64,000 bases of DNA from a virus (Duplodnaviria > Caudoviricetes). The notes beneath the pieces are model-generated. The model ran no database searches, was not told the DNA's origin, and saw only the letters and a program-made list of their open reading frames with translations. Below, piece by piece: positions 1 to 8,437 of the stretch (within the stretch, counting starts at the first letter, position 1; each line of letters opens with the position of its first letter). Both the position numbers and the translations under genes were made by a program. The stretch spans positions 1 through 64,000 of the IMG/VR virus record IMGVR_UViG_3300033120_000387. One strand, 5' to 3'.

Positions 1-303
1 TATTGTTTTTAAGATTGTATCTATATCTCCCTTTTTTACGCCTTCTTTTGTTGAAAACTTACTAAATAAATAAGACATATTAGTGTCATCCCTTATTTTA
101 TATTGCTCTTTATTTTCTTGTGTTATGGTCGGCATAGGATAATATTCATCGCAACAAGTATTAGGTGAATTATAACATCCTGTTCCTTTATTTCTACATG
201 ATTTACATAATTGGCTTGACATATCATCCTCCTTTTTGGTATTTATATTCATTAGAGGTGGTTCAAGACATTCTATGATTTTTTCTTTCTTTTTAAATAA
301 CAT
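1..303 (-). CDS. Hypothetical protein, runs off the window edge (alternative start at 222); Cys-rich segment
   Basis: Open frame from ATG 303 (SD AAAGGA) through in-frame ATG 222 (SD AGGAGG): ...MSSQLCKSCRNKGTGCYNSPNTCCDEYY... Confidence 0.6.
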   Translation of the reverse strand, partial: MLFKKKEKIIECLEPPLMNINTKKEDDMSSQLCKSCRNKGTGCYNSPNTCCDEYYPMPTITQENKEQYKIRDDTNMSYLFSKFSTKEGVKKGDIDTILKTI

Positions 304-463
304 AATATTTATTCCTTTCTTTTAAGATATAAGATTTTTCTTATTTTTTTACATATATTTTATAATTTCTTATAGTATAACATATAGTCTATACATTATC
401 AACAATTTTATTTAATATTTTTTATATTTTATTTCTTGCTTGAGATATAGTCGTGCTGTCGCA

Positions 464-627
464 CAAACACTTGCTAAAGCAAGGTTTGTTTGGTATTAAT
501 AATAATTTGCACCACTTCGCCTGTCGGCTCGTTCCTTGCAAATTATTATTAATTTCAGATTTTTTACTTTGTCACCTCTTCCGTTTAGTTATATAATAAG
601 TTATATAGTAACGGACTAGGTGACAAA
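464..627. repeat. Cluster of inverted repeats in a long non-coding region (possible origin or regulatory region)
   Basis: 17-bp perfect IR ATTAATAATAATTTGCA 495-511 / 537-553; TTTGTCACCT 568-577 / 618-627; hairpin 464-488. Confidence 0.75.
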
Positions 628-740
628 CTTGTAACACTTGAAATTTCAATGGTTTTAAAGGTTGATTTATAATGCGATAGCCCACAAATAAGAAACGATA
701 AAACGGGTGATGTGGTGAAAACATATATAAATATAATGGT

Positions 741-1268
741 TTAAGCCCATTTCCATATAAATCCTTTGTATTTACTTATGCTTTCATTGCAACATCTTTT
801 TATCATAGAATCTGTAAGATTTAATTCAACACAAGCTTCTTTAATTGAATTAAATCTTTTAATAAATTTTTCTTCTAAATCATATTGAATAATTGGTGTT
901 TCTTCATAAAGAACTCTTAACTCTTCTTTTCTTACTTCTGATTGTTCTGTTTTAAAAATTGTTTCATTCTCTGATATAAATTTTTTATATTCATTCCATG
1001 TAAATAGTATTGGTAAGGGTATATTTAAAAATTCTGCTATAGTTGTAGCATAATATATTTGATTTTGACTTGGCTCAGCCAATTTTTTCTTTTCGTACAG
1101 TTGGCGTGATAAATTTCCTTTAAAAGCAAAAGTATTTGATATTGTATTAAACATTTCGTTTTTATATGAAAAATTTATTTCATCATCTTCAATTGAATCT
1201 TCTATATAAGATATAAACTCATATATGGTGTTTCCGAAAGCTATTTCTTTTTCGTTTAATTTATTCAT
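741..1268 (-). CDS. Protein with C-terminal NUMOD1-like DNA-binding domain
   Basis: IIQYDLEEKFIKRFNSIKEACVEL...YKGFIWKW pattern. Confidence 0.7.
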   Translation of the reverse strand: MNKLNEKEIAFGNTIYEFISYIEDSIEDDEINFSYKNEMFNTISNTFAFKGNLSRQLYEKKKLAEPSQNQIYYATTIAEFLNIPLPILFTWNEYKKFISENETIFKTEQSEVRKEELRVLYEETPIIQYDLEEKFIKRFNSIKEACVELNLTDSMIKRCCNESISKYKGFIWKWA

Positions 1269-1281
1269 TTTTATTTCCTTT

Positions 1282-2301
1282 CTAACATTTAATAAATGTA
1301 TTTATAAATTGTTCCTTTAATGCTTGTTCAATAAGACCTAAATCTTGAGCTGTTAAGAGTTTATTTTGAACATTCTGATTAAGGTTTCTATAATTAAGTT
1401 TTCTAACTTCATATTCAAAACTATCTAATTTTGCTAAATTTATTTTCCATGCTGTTGAGTAAGCATTAAATCCTTCTTCTTTAAATTCCTCACAAAGATT
1501 ATAATTTAATATTTGAAAAAATTCCTTCTTTTGTCTAGGAAAAAGCATATTTACATTTCTAATATCTTTTAAAAAATACTTCTTTTTATCATTTTCATCT
1601 ACTTCTGCTAATTCATTAAATTGCCTTATTGTTTTGTGTTGAACATTTAATACTCTACCAATATCCTTATCGTCGCAGTCTTTATATTCGCTAATAAATT
1701 TACCATCTTGATTTGTTGTATTTTTATATAATCTAAATGATTTATTCTTTTGAATAAGAGACTTCTTTTCCATCGAAGTTAAACTATCATATATTACTCT
1801 TTTTAATAATCTATATGACGAAGAAAAAAATATATCACTTTCATCTAATATTTTATTAAATAAATATGTCTCGTTCGGTATATCATTTTGGTTCATCTTC
1901 AAAGCAAATGTATCTATAAATAAATATGGGCAATTTTTACCTTTAAAATAATCATTATTTACCATGTATGTGCTTTCTAGTATATCTCTATTTGTCAAAA
2001 AAATACTGTCTATATTTTCTTGTTTTTTTATGTAATATAAACTAGATATTAAAAAATTTTCTATATAGGTAGTGAATTTACCATGATGCTCTATTATTTG
2101 TAATTCATTATCATTTTGATACACTTTTTTAATAAATATTTTTCTGTTTTCTTGTATCAAATCTACATATTGTTTGATTTGTTTTAGTTGTAATACTTTT
2201 GCCTTACCAGTTTTATATTCCAAATTTAAAACTTCACACAATTGTTTATAAGTTATTTCTGCCCCTTCAAATTGTTTTAACTTTTGATATGGATTAATCA
2301 C
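1282..2301 (-). CDS. Conserved-looking phage hypothetical protein, possibly DNA-binding or replication-related
   Basis: 339-aa ORF; N-terminal YKQLCEVLNLEYKTGKAK helix-turn-helix-like segment. Confidence 0.55.
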   Translation of the reverse strand: MINPYQKLKQFEGAEITYKQLCEVLNLEYKTGKAKVLQLKQIKQYVDLIQENRKIFIKKVYQNDNELQIIEHHGKFTTYIENFLISSLYYIKKQENIDSIFLTNRDILESTYMVNNDYFKGKNCPYLFIDTFALKMNQNDIPNETYLFNKILDESDIFFSSSYRLLKRVIYDSLTSMEKKSLIQKNKSFRLYKNTTNQDGKFISEYKDCDDKDIGRVLNVQHKTIRQFNELAEVDENDKKKYFLKDIRNVNMLFPRQKKEFFQILNYNLCEEFKEEGFNAYSTAWKINLAKLDSFEYEVRKLNYRNLNQNVQNKLLTAQDLGLIEQALKEQFINTFIKC

Positions 2302-2633
2302 TTCTTTTTCCTCCCTTCCACATTCTCACTCTCATACAACCTAACCACATATTCGGCAATCTTAGTCAAATATTCATTTTGCTCCTTGCTTAATCTTCCT
2401 CTTAAATCAAAACCTGTCGAGCCGTCAAAATCATATATAATATCAGCGTATTCACTCTCTTTAGCTTGCTCAGGATATTTCTTAATCAAGTCGGCTAAAT
2501 AATAAGCCTTTTTATCGTACTTTTTATCACTGATTAAATTTTTATCCATCTCATAATAAATTATACTGTGTACTATAATCTGCCGACTTGCATATGAGAT
2601 TTGGTCTGTAATAGATAGGTTTTTAAATTTCAT
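2298..2633 (-). CDS. Stand-alone NAD-dependent DNA ligase N-terminal (domain Ia)-like protein
   Basis: HSIIYYEMDKNLISDKKYDK resembles LigA YY..D.P.ISD.EYD; no adenylation domain follows. Confidence 0.7.
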   Translation of the reverse strand: MKFKNLSITDQISYASRQIIVHSIIYYEMDKNLISDKKYDKKAYYLADLIKKYPEQAKESEYADIIYDFDGSTGFDLRGRLSKEQNEYLTKIAEYVVRLYESENVEGRKKK

Positions 2634-2661
2634 TATTCCTCCATTTAAAACACTCTCTTAT

Positions 2662-2690
2662 ATTATACCACATAATCAAGAGAGTGTCAA
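2662..2690 (-). promoter_or_regulatory. sigma-A promoter nested in a terminator-like inverted repeat
   Basis: TTGACA(2690-2685)-17 nt-TG-N-TATAAT(2667-2662); IR ACACTCTCTT 2650-2659 / 2678-2687 followed by Ts on the minus strand. Confidence 0.85.
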
Positions 2691-2707
2691 GTATTATTTA
2701 TATTTAT

Positions 2708-3609
2708 TTATGGCATAATATACATGAATAAACACATACCTCTTGATGGAGTGCCTACAGTAGTACCTGTACTCCCTTCAAAAGATGTACCTGCTCCTGC
2801 ACCATAACCACCTGCGCCGCCGCCGCCGCTTCCACCTGTTGAGCTAAAACTCAAACCGCCCGCATATTTACCTTCACAACCACTACCACCATTTTTATAA
2901 GGATAGCAACCACCACTACCACCAGCATATCCTCTTAAATCTGGCAAAAGTGCTAATATGCGATTAGTGAAATCGTTTGATATCAAAGCTGTAGAATATA
3001 AACCATCTTTTCCATTCATATCAATTTCACCACCAAGAGACCCACCTAAATTATCTATAGCAAATCCTCCACTTAGACCTTGTGCTTGTTCAGTATAACC
3101 AGTCCACCGCACACCTCCACCACCAAAGCCAAAAGCACCGCCATTTCCTCCTCGAGAATTATAATCACTTCCTTCACCATTAACGCCTGTTATAACACCT
3201 AAAATATTAGCGTTCAGTCCCTTTGTTATGCCACCTGCTGTAAGCGTTATCGTTTGCCATGAAGGATTGCTGCTTGTTATAACAGTATTCCCTGAACCCA
3301 CTTGGACAGTAAGTATATCCCCTTGCGTCACTGCGTATTCTCTTCCTGCTATGTATTGCCCTGCTTCATTCCTTAAACCCGCACCACAAGCGTATATCCA
3401 TATTTTGTTTACGCCTGTTGGTACAGTCCATGTAGTATTTCCATTTTCATAAGTAAAAGCGGCTAAACCTATATTGGAATGTAAGTTTGCGAATCCAACA
3501 TTAATTTCATCAATTCTACTATTGAAACCGTCCATGTTAAACCCTTCAGTTAGAGTAAATGGAGAGACAAACCCCCCGTTGTTAATAAATTGTCAATGTT
3601 GTTGCTCAT
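2708..3609 (-). CDS. Glycine-rich tail-fibre/adhesin-like protein; full length requires a -1 shift at the G6 tract 3577-3572 (annotated ORF 3535-2708)
   Basis: SD AAGGAG + ATG 3609 gives MSNNIDNLLTTGG then stop at 3552-3550; the -1 frame continues GGFVSPFTLTEGFNMDGF...; TWTVPTGVNKIWIYACGAG and GGGG repeats typical of glycine-rich tail domains. Confidence 0.75.
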
Positions 3610-3691
3610 AATTTTTTCTCCTTTTTAATATTTGTTTTAATATAATAAATCAATTCCAATGAATTAATCTATCTTTGATTTTTTAAAGTGC

Positions 3692-3886
3692 TTATCCTTC
3701 AATTACCTCAAATTTAACCCCTTCACAATCACAACTTGCGCCATAAGGCATACCCATAAATGATGTAAAGATGTAATATTCAGGTGGATAACTATTCTCC
3801 ATATCAATTGTAAATATGTCATCCTTATTCCATATAAGCGTATTTGTCTCGTTATCGTATTCAGTTGTTAACATTTTAATTTTCAT
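3692..3886 (-). CDS. Hypothetical protein
   Basis: 64-aa ORF coupled to the upstream gene (TAATG overlap). Confidence 0.6.
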   Translation of the reverse strand: MKIKMLTTEYDNETNTLIWNKDDIFTIDMENSYPPEYYIFTSFMGMPYGASCDCEGVKFEVIEG

Positions 3887-4578
3887 TATTTCTCTCCTTC
3901 TAAAAATTCACAATATTTATTCCATAACCCTATTTTATGTACATATTCTCGGTCTTTTAATTTAGTATCATTTTTTATCTTGTTTTGCTCTAAGAATTTT
4001 TTATTAACACTTTTAACATATAAACCGTCAATTATAACCTTGTCACCCATATTCCTTGTAGGATAGTTTTTGATTGCGTCTTGATATTTTTCTAAATCAG
4101 ATTTAGGAATAATATATGATTCTTTTGGCAGGTTTTTGGTCGAAAAGGGTGATATTTTAGCCCCACTTGTTCTTGCTCCCACCACCTCAGCTATATAATC
4201 TATCATATCTGCTTTAAAATCAAAACATACTTCAAAATCAAGCACTTCTACAGATTCTAATACACTTGACAAAGATTCAGTTAATTTATCATAATATTTT
4301 TTAGTGTTGCTATTTTCTATTGGTAGTGTATTACTAATTTTATCTATATATATTTGTTTTAAAATGTTAACCCCTTTTGTTTTGTTGGGAATGTAACAAG
4401 AGAGACTGCTTGTTTTAGATATGTGACGGATTTTTATATTGTTTTTGCAATCTATATACATACCGTCAAAATCTTTATCATAATCACCATTAGTATCTTT
4501 AACAAAATTCTGTGTGGATAGGTCATAATCGGTTTTAACACGATATTTACCTATATATCTTCTTAAATACTCTGCCAT
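3886..4578 (-). CDS. Phage hypothetical protein (start MAEYL at 4578)
   Basis: SD AGGAG upstream of ATG 4578; long ORF in operon. Confidence 0.7.
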   Translation of the reverse strand: MAEYLRRYIGKYRVKTDYDLSTQNFVKDTNGDYDKDFDGMYIDCKNNIKIRHISKTSSLSCYIPNKTKGVNILKQIYIDKISNTLPIENSNTKKYYDKLTESLSSVLESVEVLDFEVCFDFKADMIDYIAEVVGARTSGAKISPFSTKNLPKESYIIPKSDLEKYQDAIKNYPTRNMGDKVIIDGLYVKSVNKKFLEQNKIKNDTKLKDREYVHKIGLWNKYCEFLEGEK

Positions 4579-4591
4579 ACTCTCTCCTTTT

Positions 4592-4825
4592 CTACTTTCC
4601 TTTTGTATCAATCAATTCCATTGGTCTAAACCATCTCACAAAACCTACAGTATCTGTTTTATCAATTATATGTCTACATTTAACACAGCTAAATTTATGC
4701 GGATTTCCATATTGACCCTTTTTATATATTTCAATAACTTTAACCCATCCATAATAATTACAATATTCTCCCCATGTATCTTTAAGTCTATAATATTCAT
4801 TTAGTTTTATATCTTGTATACGCAT
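4592..4825 (-). CDS. Hypothetical protein
   Basis: SD AGGAGG; directly downstream of a consensus promoter. Confidence 0.65.
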   Translation of the reverse strand: MRIQDIKLNEYYRLKDTWGEYCNYYGWVKVIEIYKKGQYGNPHKFSCVKCRHIIDKTDTVGFVRWFRPMELIDTKGK

Positions 4826-4844
4826 GGCATCCTCCTTTTTATAA

Positions 4845-4885
4845 TCTTGACACCATTATATCATAATAATACAATGATGTCAAGA
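4845..4885. promoter_or_regulatory. Palindromic element carrying overlapping sigma-A promoters on both strands
   Basis: Minus: TTGACA 4883-4878, 17 nt, TATAAT 4860-4855; plus: TTGACA 4847-4852, 17 nt, TACAAT 4870-4875. Confidence 0.75.
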
Positions 4886-4888
4886 GGT

Positions 4889-4966
4889 TTATTTAATTGG
4901 TAAAAATCCATACTCTTCAGCTTTTTCATACCAATATCTCAATATGTCATTTAAAATATTTTTCAT
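4889..4966 (-). CDS. Small hypothetical peptide, 25 aa (MKNILNDILRYWYEKAEEYGFLPIK)
   Basis: SD AAGGAG; fills the gap in the operon. Confidence 0.5.
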   Translation of the reverse strand: MKNILNDILRYWYEKAEEYGFLPIK

Positions 4967-4978
4967 AATCTTTCTCCT

Positions 4979-5572
4979 TTACTCCACATCTACACTTATA
5001 GGCTTTTCAACCACTCTTAAACAATCAAGAATTTCACCAGTTGATTTAACCATAATATCATAGCCGATTTCACTAGGTACGATTTCTAAATCTTTCTTTA
5101 AATCACCCCATAATACAGATTCCTCTGTTTTGATAAATTCTTTTGCATTATCTTTAGCCCATGCAATAAGTTTCTCATCTTTTTTGAGTTCTTTAGTGCC
5201 ACATGTTGATTCAAAATCAAGCTTTTCGAGTGTTCTCTTTATGACCCCTGAAGGTAACACCAATTTCTTACTTGTTTTTGTAGTTTTAGCAGGTACTCCA
5301 TCCATATCAAGATACTCATTTAGCTTAAATAACAAATATGAGTTTCTTGATTCAGATTTTCTCTGTTCTTCCTTAATCTGTTCCTTTAAAATCTCAATCT
5401 TAGAATTAGCCACATCTACAAACATTTGACAACGAGCTTTTTCTTCTTTGATTTTTTCAATTGCCCAATCACATAATTGTGGGGTATTTAGTTTAAATTC
5501 TTTTCTTTCATCTTCTGCTATAGACTCCTCAAACTCCTCAATATCCATGTTTAATAAATCCTTCTGTTCCAT
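4979..5572 (-). CDS. Mu Gam-like host-nuclease inhibitor family protein
   Basis: Coiled coil followed by TKTSKKLVLPSGVIK and EFIKTEESVLWGDLKK. Confidence 0.7.
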   Translation of the reverse strand: MEQKDLLNMDIEEFEESIAEDERKEFKLNTPQLCDWAIEKIKEEKARCQMFVDVANSKIEILKEQIKEEQRKSESRNSYLLFKLNEYLDMDGVPAKTTKTSKKLVLPSGVIKRTLEKLDFESTCGTKELKKDEKLIAWAKDNAKEFIKTEESVLWGDLKKDLEIVPSEIGYDIMVKSTGEILDCLRVVEKPISVDVE

Positions 5573-5574
5573 TT

Positions 5575-5895
5575 TTATTCCTCCTCTTTTTTCTTATCTT
5601 TATAATTCAACACATTCCATAAATCCTTAATTGTAGTAAATGGCACATATCTGCCATTGATTTGTATCTTATTTTCTCCGCATTTACCACATTCACAATC
5701 ATATAGCCAATAACTAATAGTATCATTATTATCATTAGTTAAATATTCTAATAAATCTAATAAGCAATTCTCTGTTTTCATGCCATTATTTTCATATAAA
5801 TCAAGACCCACATCATATAATTTTCCCATATATTCGTCTTGGTCGATAATGGATTGTATACATTTTTCAAATATTTCATAAGTTAATTGTTTCAT
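5575..5895 (-). CDS. Phage hypothetical protein
   Basis: DTISYWLYDCECG...TIKDLWNVL; SD AAGGAG. Confidence 0.65.
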   Translation of the reverse strand: MKQLTYEIFEKCIQSIIDQDEYMGKLYDVGLDLYENNGMKTENCLLDLLEYLTNDNNDTISYWLYDCECGKCGENKIQINGRYVPFTTIKDLWNVLNYKDKKKEEE

Positions 5896-5897
5896 TC

Positions 5898-6050
5898 TTA
5901 CATCTCCTTAAAATAATCTTCAACTTTAACATCACTTAAACAATCGTGACATTTTTTCTTACTTAGACAACATACATAAATAAAATCGTCATTATCATCT
6001 TTATCACATCTGCTATTAGCACATTCTAAACATTTTTTATTTTGAATCAT
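5898..6050 (-). CDS. Small Cys-rich protein, 50 aa (MIQNKKCLECANSRC...)
   Basis: Read manually; fills the gap between neighbouring genes; 7 Cys. Confidence 0.5.
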   Translation of the reverse strand: MIQNKKCLECANSRCDKDDNDDFIYVCCLSKKKCHDCLSDVKVEDYFKEM

Positions 6051-6561
6051 CAACTTCTAACACCACCTTTTCCACAAAAGTTTGAGCGGATAACTTTAAT
6101 TCATTTTTTGAACCAATATTACAAATAATATAATCATATACATAATCATATACCTCGTCATCCGCATGATTAGTAGTAATGTGTGATACATTAGGATTTG
6201 TTACAAGTATTGTGGTAGCATTAAAATTATCTTTAAATCTTTGTATTTCTTTAGGTTCTCGGCAATGAATAAAAATACAAGTGTTGGTAAAAGAGTTTAT
6301 AATATTGAAACACTCATTAAAAGGGATATCATTCCATTCTGTAAGAATATCTTTTAAATTAGATAAAAACTTTCTGTCTTTTTCTAGTTTGTCTCCATTC
6401 CATCCGCATATTGTTGCAATTTTTTTTACAAAATCTACTGTTGAGATATTAATACTTCGTTGTGGAATAAATCCTTGACAAAATTGTACAAATGTATCTT
6501 TCCCTACCGTAGCTCCGCCATTTACTATAACTACTTTATTATTATTTATCGTTGTATTCAT
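6037..6561 (-). CDS. P-loop deoxynucleoside-monophosphate kinase-like protein
   Basis: VVIVNGGATVGKDT Walker A, IFIHCREPKEI, NHADD; SD GGAGG before ATG 6561. Confidence 0.75.
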   Translation of the reverse strand: MNTTINNNKVVIVNGGATVGKDTFVQFCQGFIPQRSINISTVDFVKKIATICGWNGDKLEKDRKFLSNLKDILTEWNDIPFNECFNIINSFTNTCIFIHCREPKEIQRFKDNFNATTILVTNPNVSHITTNHADDEVYDYVYDYIICNIGSKNELKLSAQTFVEKVVLEVDDSK

Positions 6562-7417
6562 TTGTTTTGTACCTCCATATATATCCATACGCTGTATAAT
6601 TATTTTTTACTCCTTTATTTTTGTTACATATTAAATTAATGGTTTTATATCTTTTAGGGTTGTTTTTAAAATAAAGAGCTATATCCATAGAGCTTTGCCA
6701 TTCTTTAATAAAATTACCATTTTTATCAAATTGAATAACTTTTTTTCTGTTTTTTATAGGTAATCCATTTTCTTGATTTCTTATTTGTATATTTCGATAA
6801 CTATGAATTATTTGTACTGTGTCATTACTATATATTTTATTATCTTTATTTAGTTGTAATTCATCTTTGTCAATATCCCATTCACTAGGACTGTTGATTA
6901 AATCTTCGTAATGCGATTTATTGATTATATCATTATAAAAATTTGGGTAATATAACCATTTATCACATATTTTAACGCCTTTACCACCATAACTTTTATA
7001 ATTTTTACAATTTTCATTATAGCATCTATCTATTATATCAGTCCATCTTGTATATATAATATTTTTTGAATATTGATGTTCAAAATATTTTTCTCCTACT
7101 ACACCTATATTTTGTATCGAAGGATAAAAAGGGTCTTTTATATTTCCTTTTTCTAACTCTTTGCTTTCTATTATAGTTTTATATCCGGTTTTTAAAAATT
7201 TTATAAGTCTTTTACTGTTCCCTTTGTAATACTTAATAATTATATATTCTAATCCAATACTATTTTTGTATATTTCTCCTACTAAATATTTCTTCATAGT
7301 TTTTTTCGGTGATAACAAAAGACTATCATCATAAAACTTTTCCATATCTATTAGTGGCAATATATTATTAAAATAATAATATAATTGTTTATCTATATTC
7401 TTGTAACATTTATTCAT
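6542..7417 (-). CDS. HNH-type homing endonuclease with C-terminal NUMOD1
   Basis: RWTDIIDRCYN...YGGKGVKICDKW...IDKD...YSNDT; KKVIQFDKNGNFIKEWQS...AYGYIWRY. Confidence 0.8.
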   Translation of the reverse strand: MNKCYKNIDKQLYYYFNNILPLIDMEKFYDDSLLLSPKKTMKKYLVGEIYKNSIGLEYIIIKYYKGNSKRLIKFLKTGYKTIIESKELEKGNIKDPFYPSIQNIGVVGEKYFEHQYSKNIIYTRWTDIIDRCYNENCKNYKSYGGKGVKICDKWLYYPNFYNDIINKSHYEDLINSPSEWDIDKDELQLNKDNKIYSNDTVQIIHSYRNIQIRNQENGLPIKNRKKVIQFDKNGNFIKEWQSSMDIALYFKNNPKRYKTINLICNKNKGVKNNYTAYGYIWRYKTNEYNDK

Positions 7418-7420
7418 CCT

Positions 7421-7591
7421 TTAATCCTCATAATCTTCTTCAATATCGTCACTACCACAATAAGGGCAAAACCATTCGGTTGTTTCCATATTTACCATGA
7501 TTCCCCAATATTCAACCTTGTCATAACTTATTCTAATTTTAATTTTATCTTCGTTAAAAAATGAATTACAGTTTAAACACTTATACTTCAT
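7421..7591 (-). CDS. Small zinc-ribbon protein
   Basis: CLNC...CPYC; SD AGGAGAGG before ATG 7591. Confidence 0.65.
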   Translation of the reverse strand: MKYKCLNCNSFFNEDKIKIRISYDKVEYWGIMVNMETTEWFCPYCGSDDIEEDYED

Positions 7592-7619
7592 AACCTCTCC
7601 TTTCTCAATCATTTACTTA

Positions 7620-7648
7620 ATTATACCACATATCAACACCTAATGCAA
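7620..7648 (-). promoter_or_regulatory. sigma-A promoter
   Basis: TTGCAT-17 nt-TG-N-TATAAT. Confidence 0.7.
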
Positions 7649-7720
7649 GCATTATTTTAAATTATTTTAATATTTTTTCTTATAGCCTCACTTGCTAAGT
7701 AATCATCATTAACCACATCT

Positions 7721-7918
7721 TTATCTAAAACCACCTTCAGGTTCAATATCACAACTGTAAGTGCCTTGTGGTAAATAGTCTAAAAATACACCATTTCCTC
7801 CACTTGGTTCAATCCACTCTGTAATATTTTCCTCTCCTATAACTTCTTTTGTTTTTTCTACACAGTATTTAGCGAGGCCACTTGGTGTGTAGTATTTGTC
7901 ATTTTTAATCTTTGCCAT
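7721..7918 (-). pseudogene. Truncated amino-methyltransferase (N-terminal SAM-binding part only)
   Basis: DKYYTP and IEPSGGNGVF motifs; stops after 65 aa, before any NPPF/Y catalytic motif. Confidence 0.65.
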
Positions 7919-8004
7919 TTTTCTCTCCTTTCAAAATGTAATTTATTCAATTTTACCACGAATTTCAATGGTTGTCAAGGATAAATTCATGTTTTTGTCG
8001 GTTA

Positions 8005-8087
8005 AAATATTTATGTTATGTAGTATATGAAATATATATATGCGATAGCATATATATATTGAAATATACGGAATAATATAAATATTT
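8005..8087. repeat. Long AT-rich hairpin between the divergent early and RNAP transcription units
   Basis: 13-bp perfect stem 8031-8043 / 8048-8060 with GATA loop; outer 15-bp stem 8005-8019 / 8073-8087 with one G-T. Confidence 0.8.
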
Positions 8088-8218
8088 CTATAATACTATA
8101 AATAATTTTTTCTTATTAATCTTATATATTTATATATAAGATATTATATACTTATTTATATATTTTGTAAAGTAAAAATTTAAATAAAAAAATATTTATA
8201 TTTTTTAAAAAAAAACAC

Positions 8219-8247
8219 TTGCATTTATTTCCATTTTGGTATATAAT
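8219..8247 (+). promoter_or_regulatory. sigma-A promoter for the RNA polymerase operon
   Basis: TTGCAT 8219-8224, 17 nt, TATAAT 8242-8247. Confidence 0.7.
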
Positions 8248-8290
8248 ATATAAAAGAGATACAAACCGAGAAAGGAGCGGCAATAAAATT

Positions 8291-8437
8291 ATGAATAAGT
8301 GGACGGAAATGAGTTATTCACAATATCCACAAATGACACAACATGAAAGATTAATTTGGGAATTTGAAATGGATATTGATGTTGATGACCTTGATATAGA
8401 GATATATTTGAATGATGATAATAACGAGGAGGAATAG
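8291..8437 (+). CDS. Small highly acidic protein coupled to the RNAP gene
   Basis: SD AAGGAG; C-terminal EFEMDIDVDDLDIEIYLNDDNNEEE; TAG immediately followed by the RNAP ATG. Confidence 0.6.
   Translation: MNKWTEMSYSQYPQMTQHERLIWEFEMDIDVDDLDIEIYLNDDNNEEE

Noticed and set aside
2708-2850. Second DGR variable repeat in the other adhesin genes
   Set aside because: No TR-like nucleotide match seen at the 3' ends of 2708-3609, 31077-31496 or 39822-41288.
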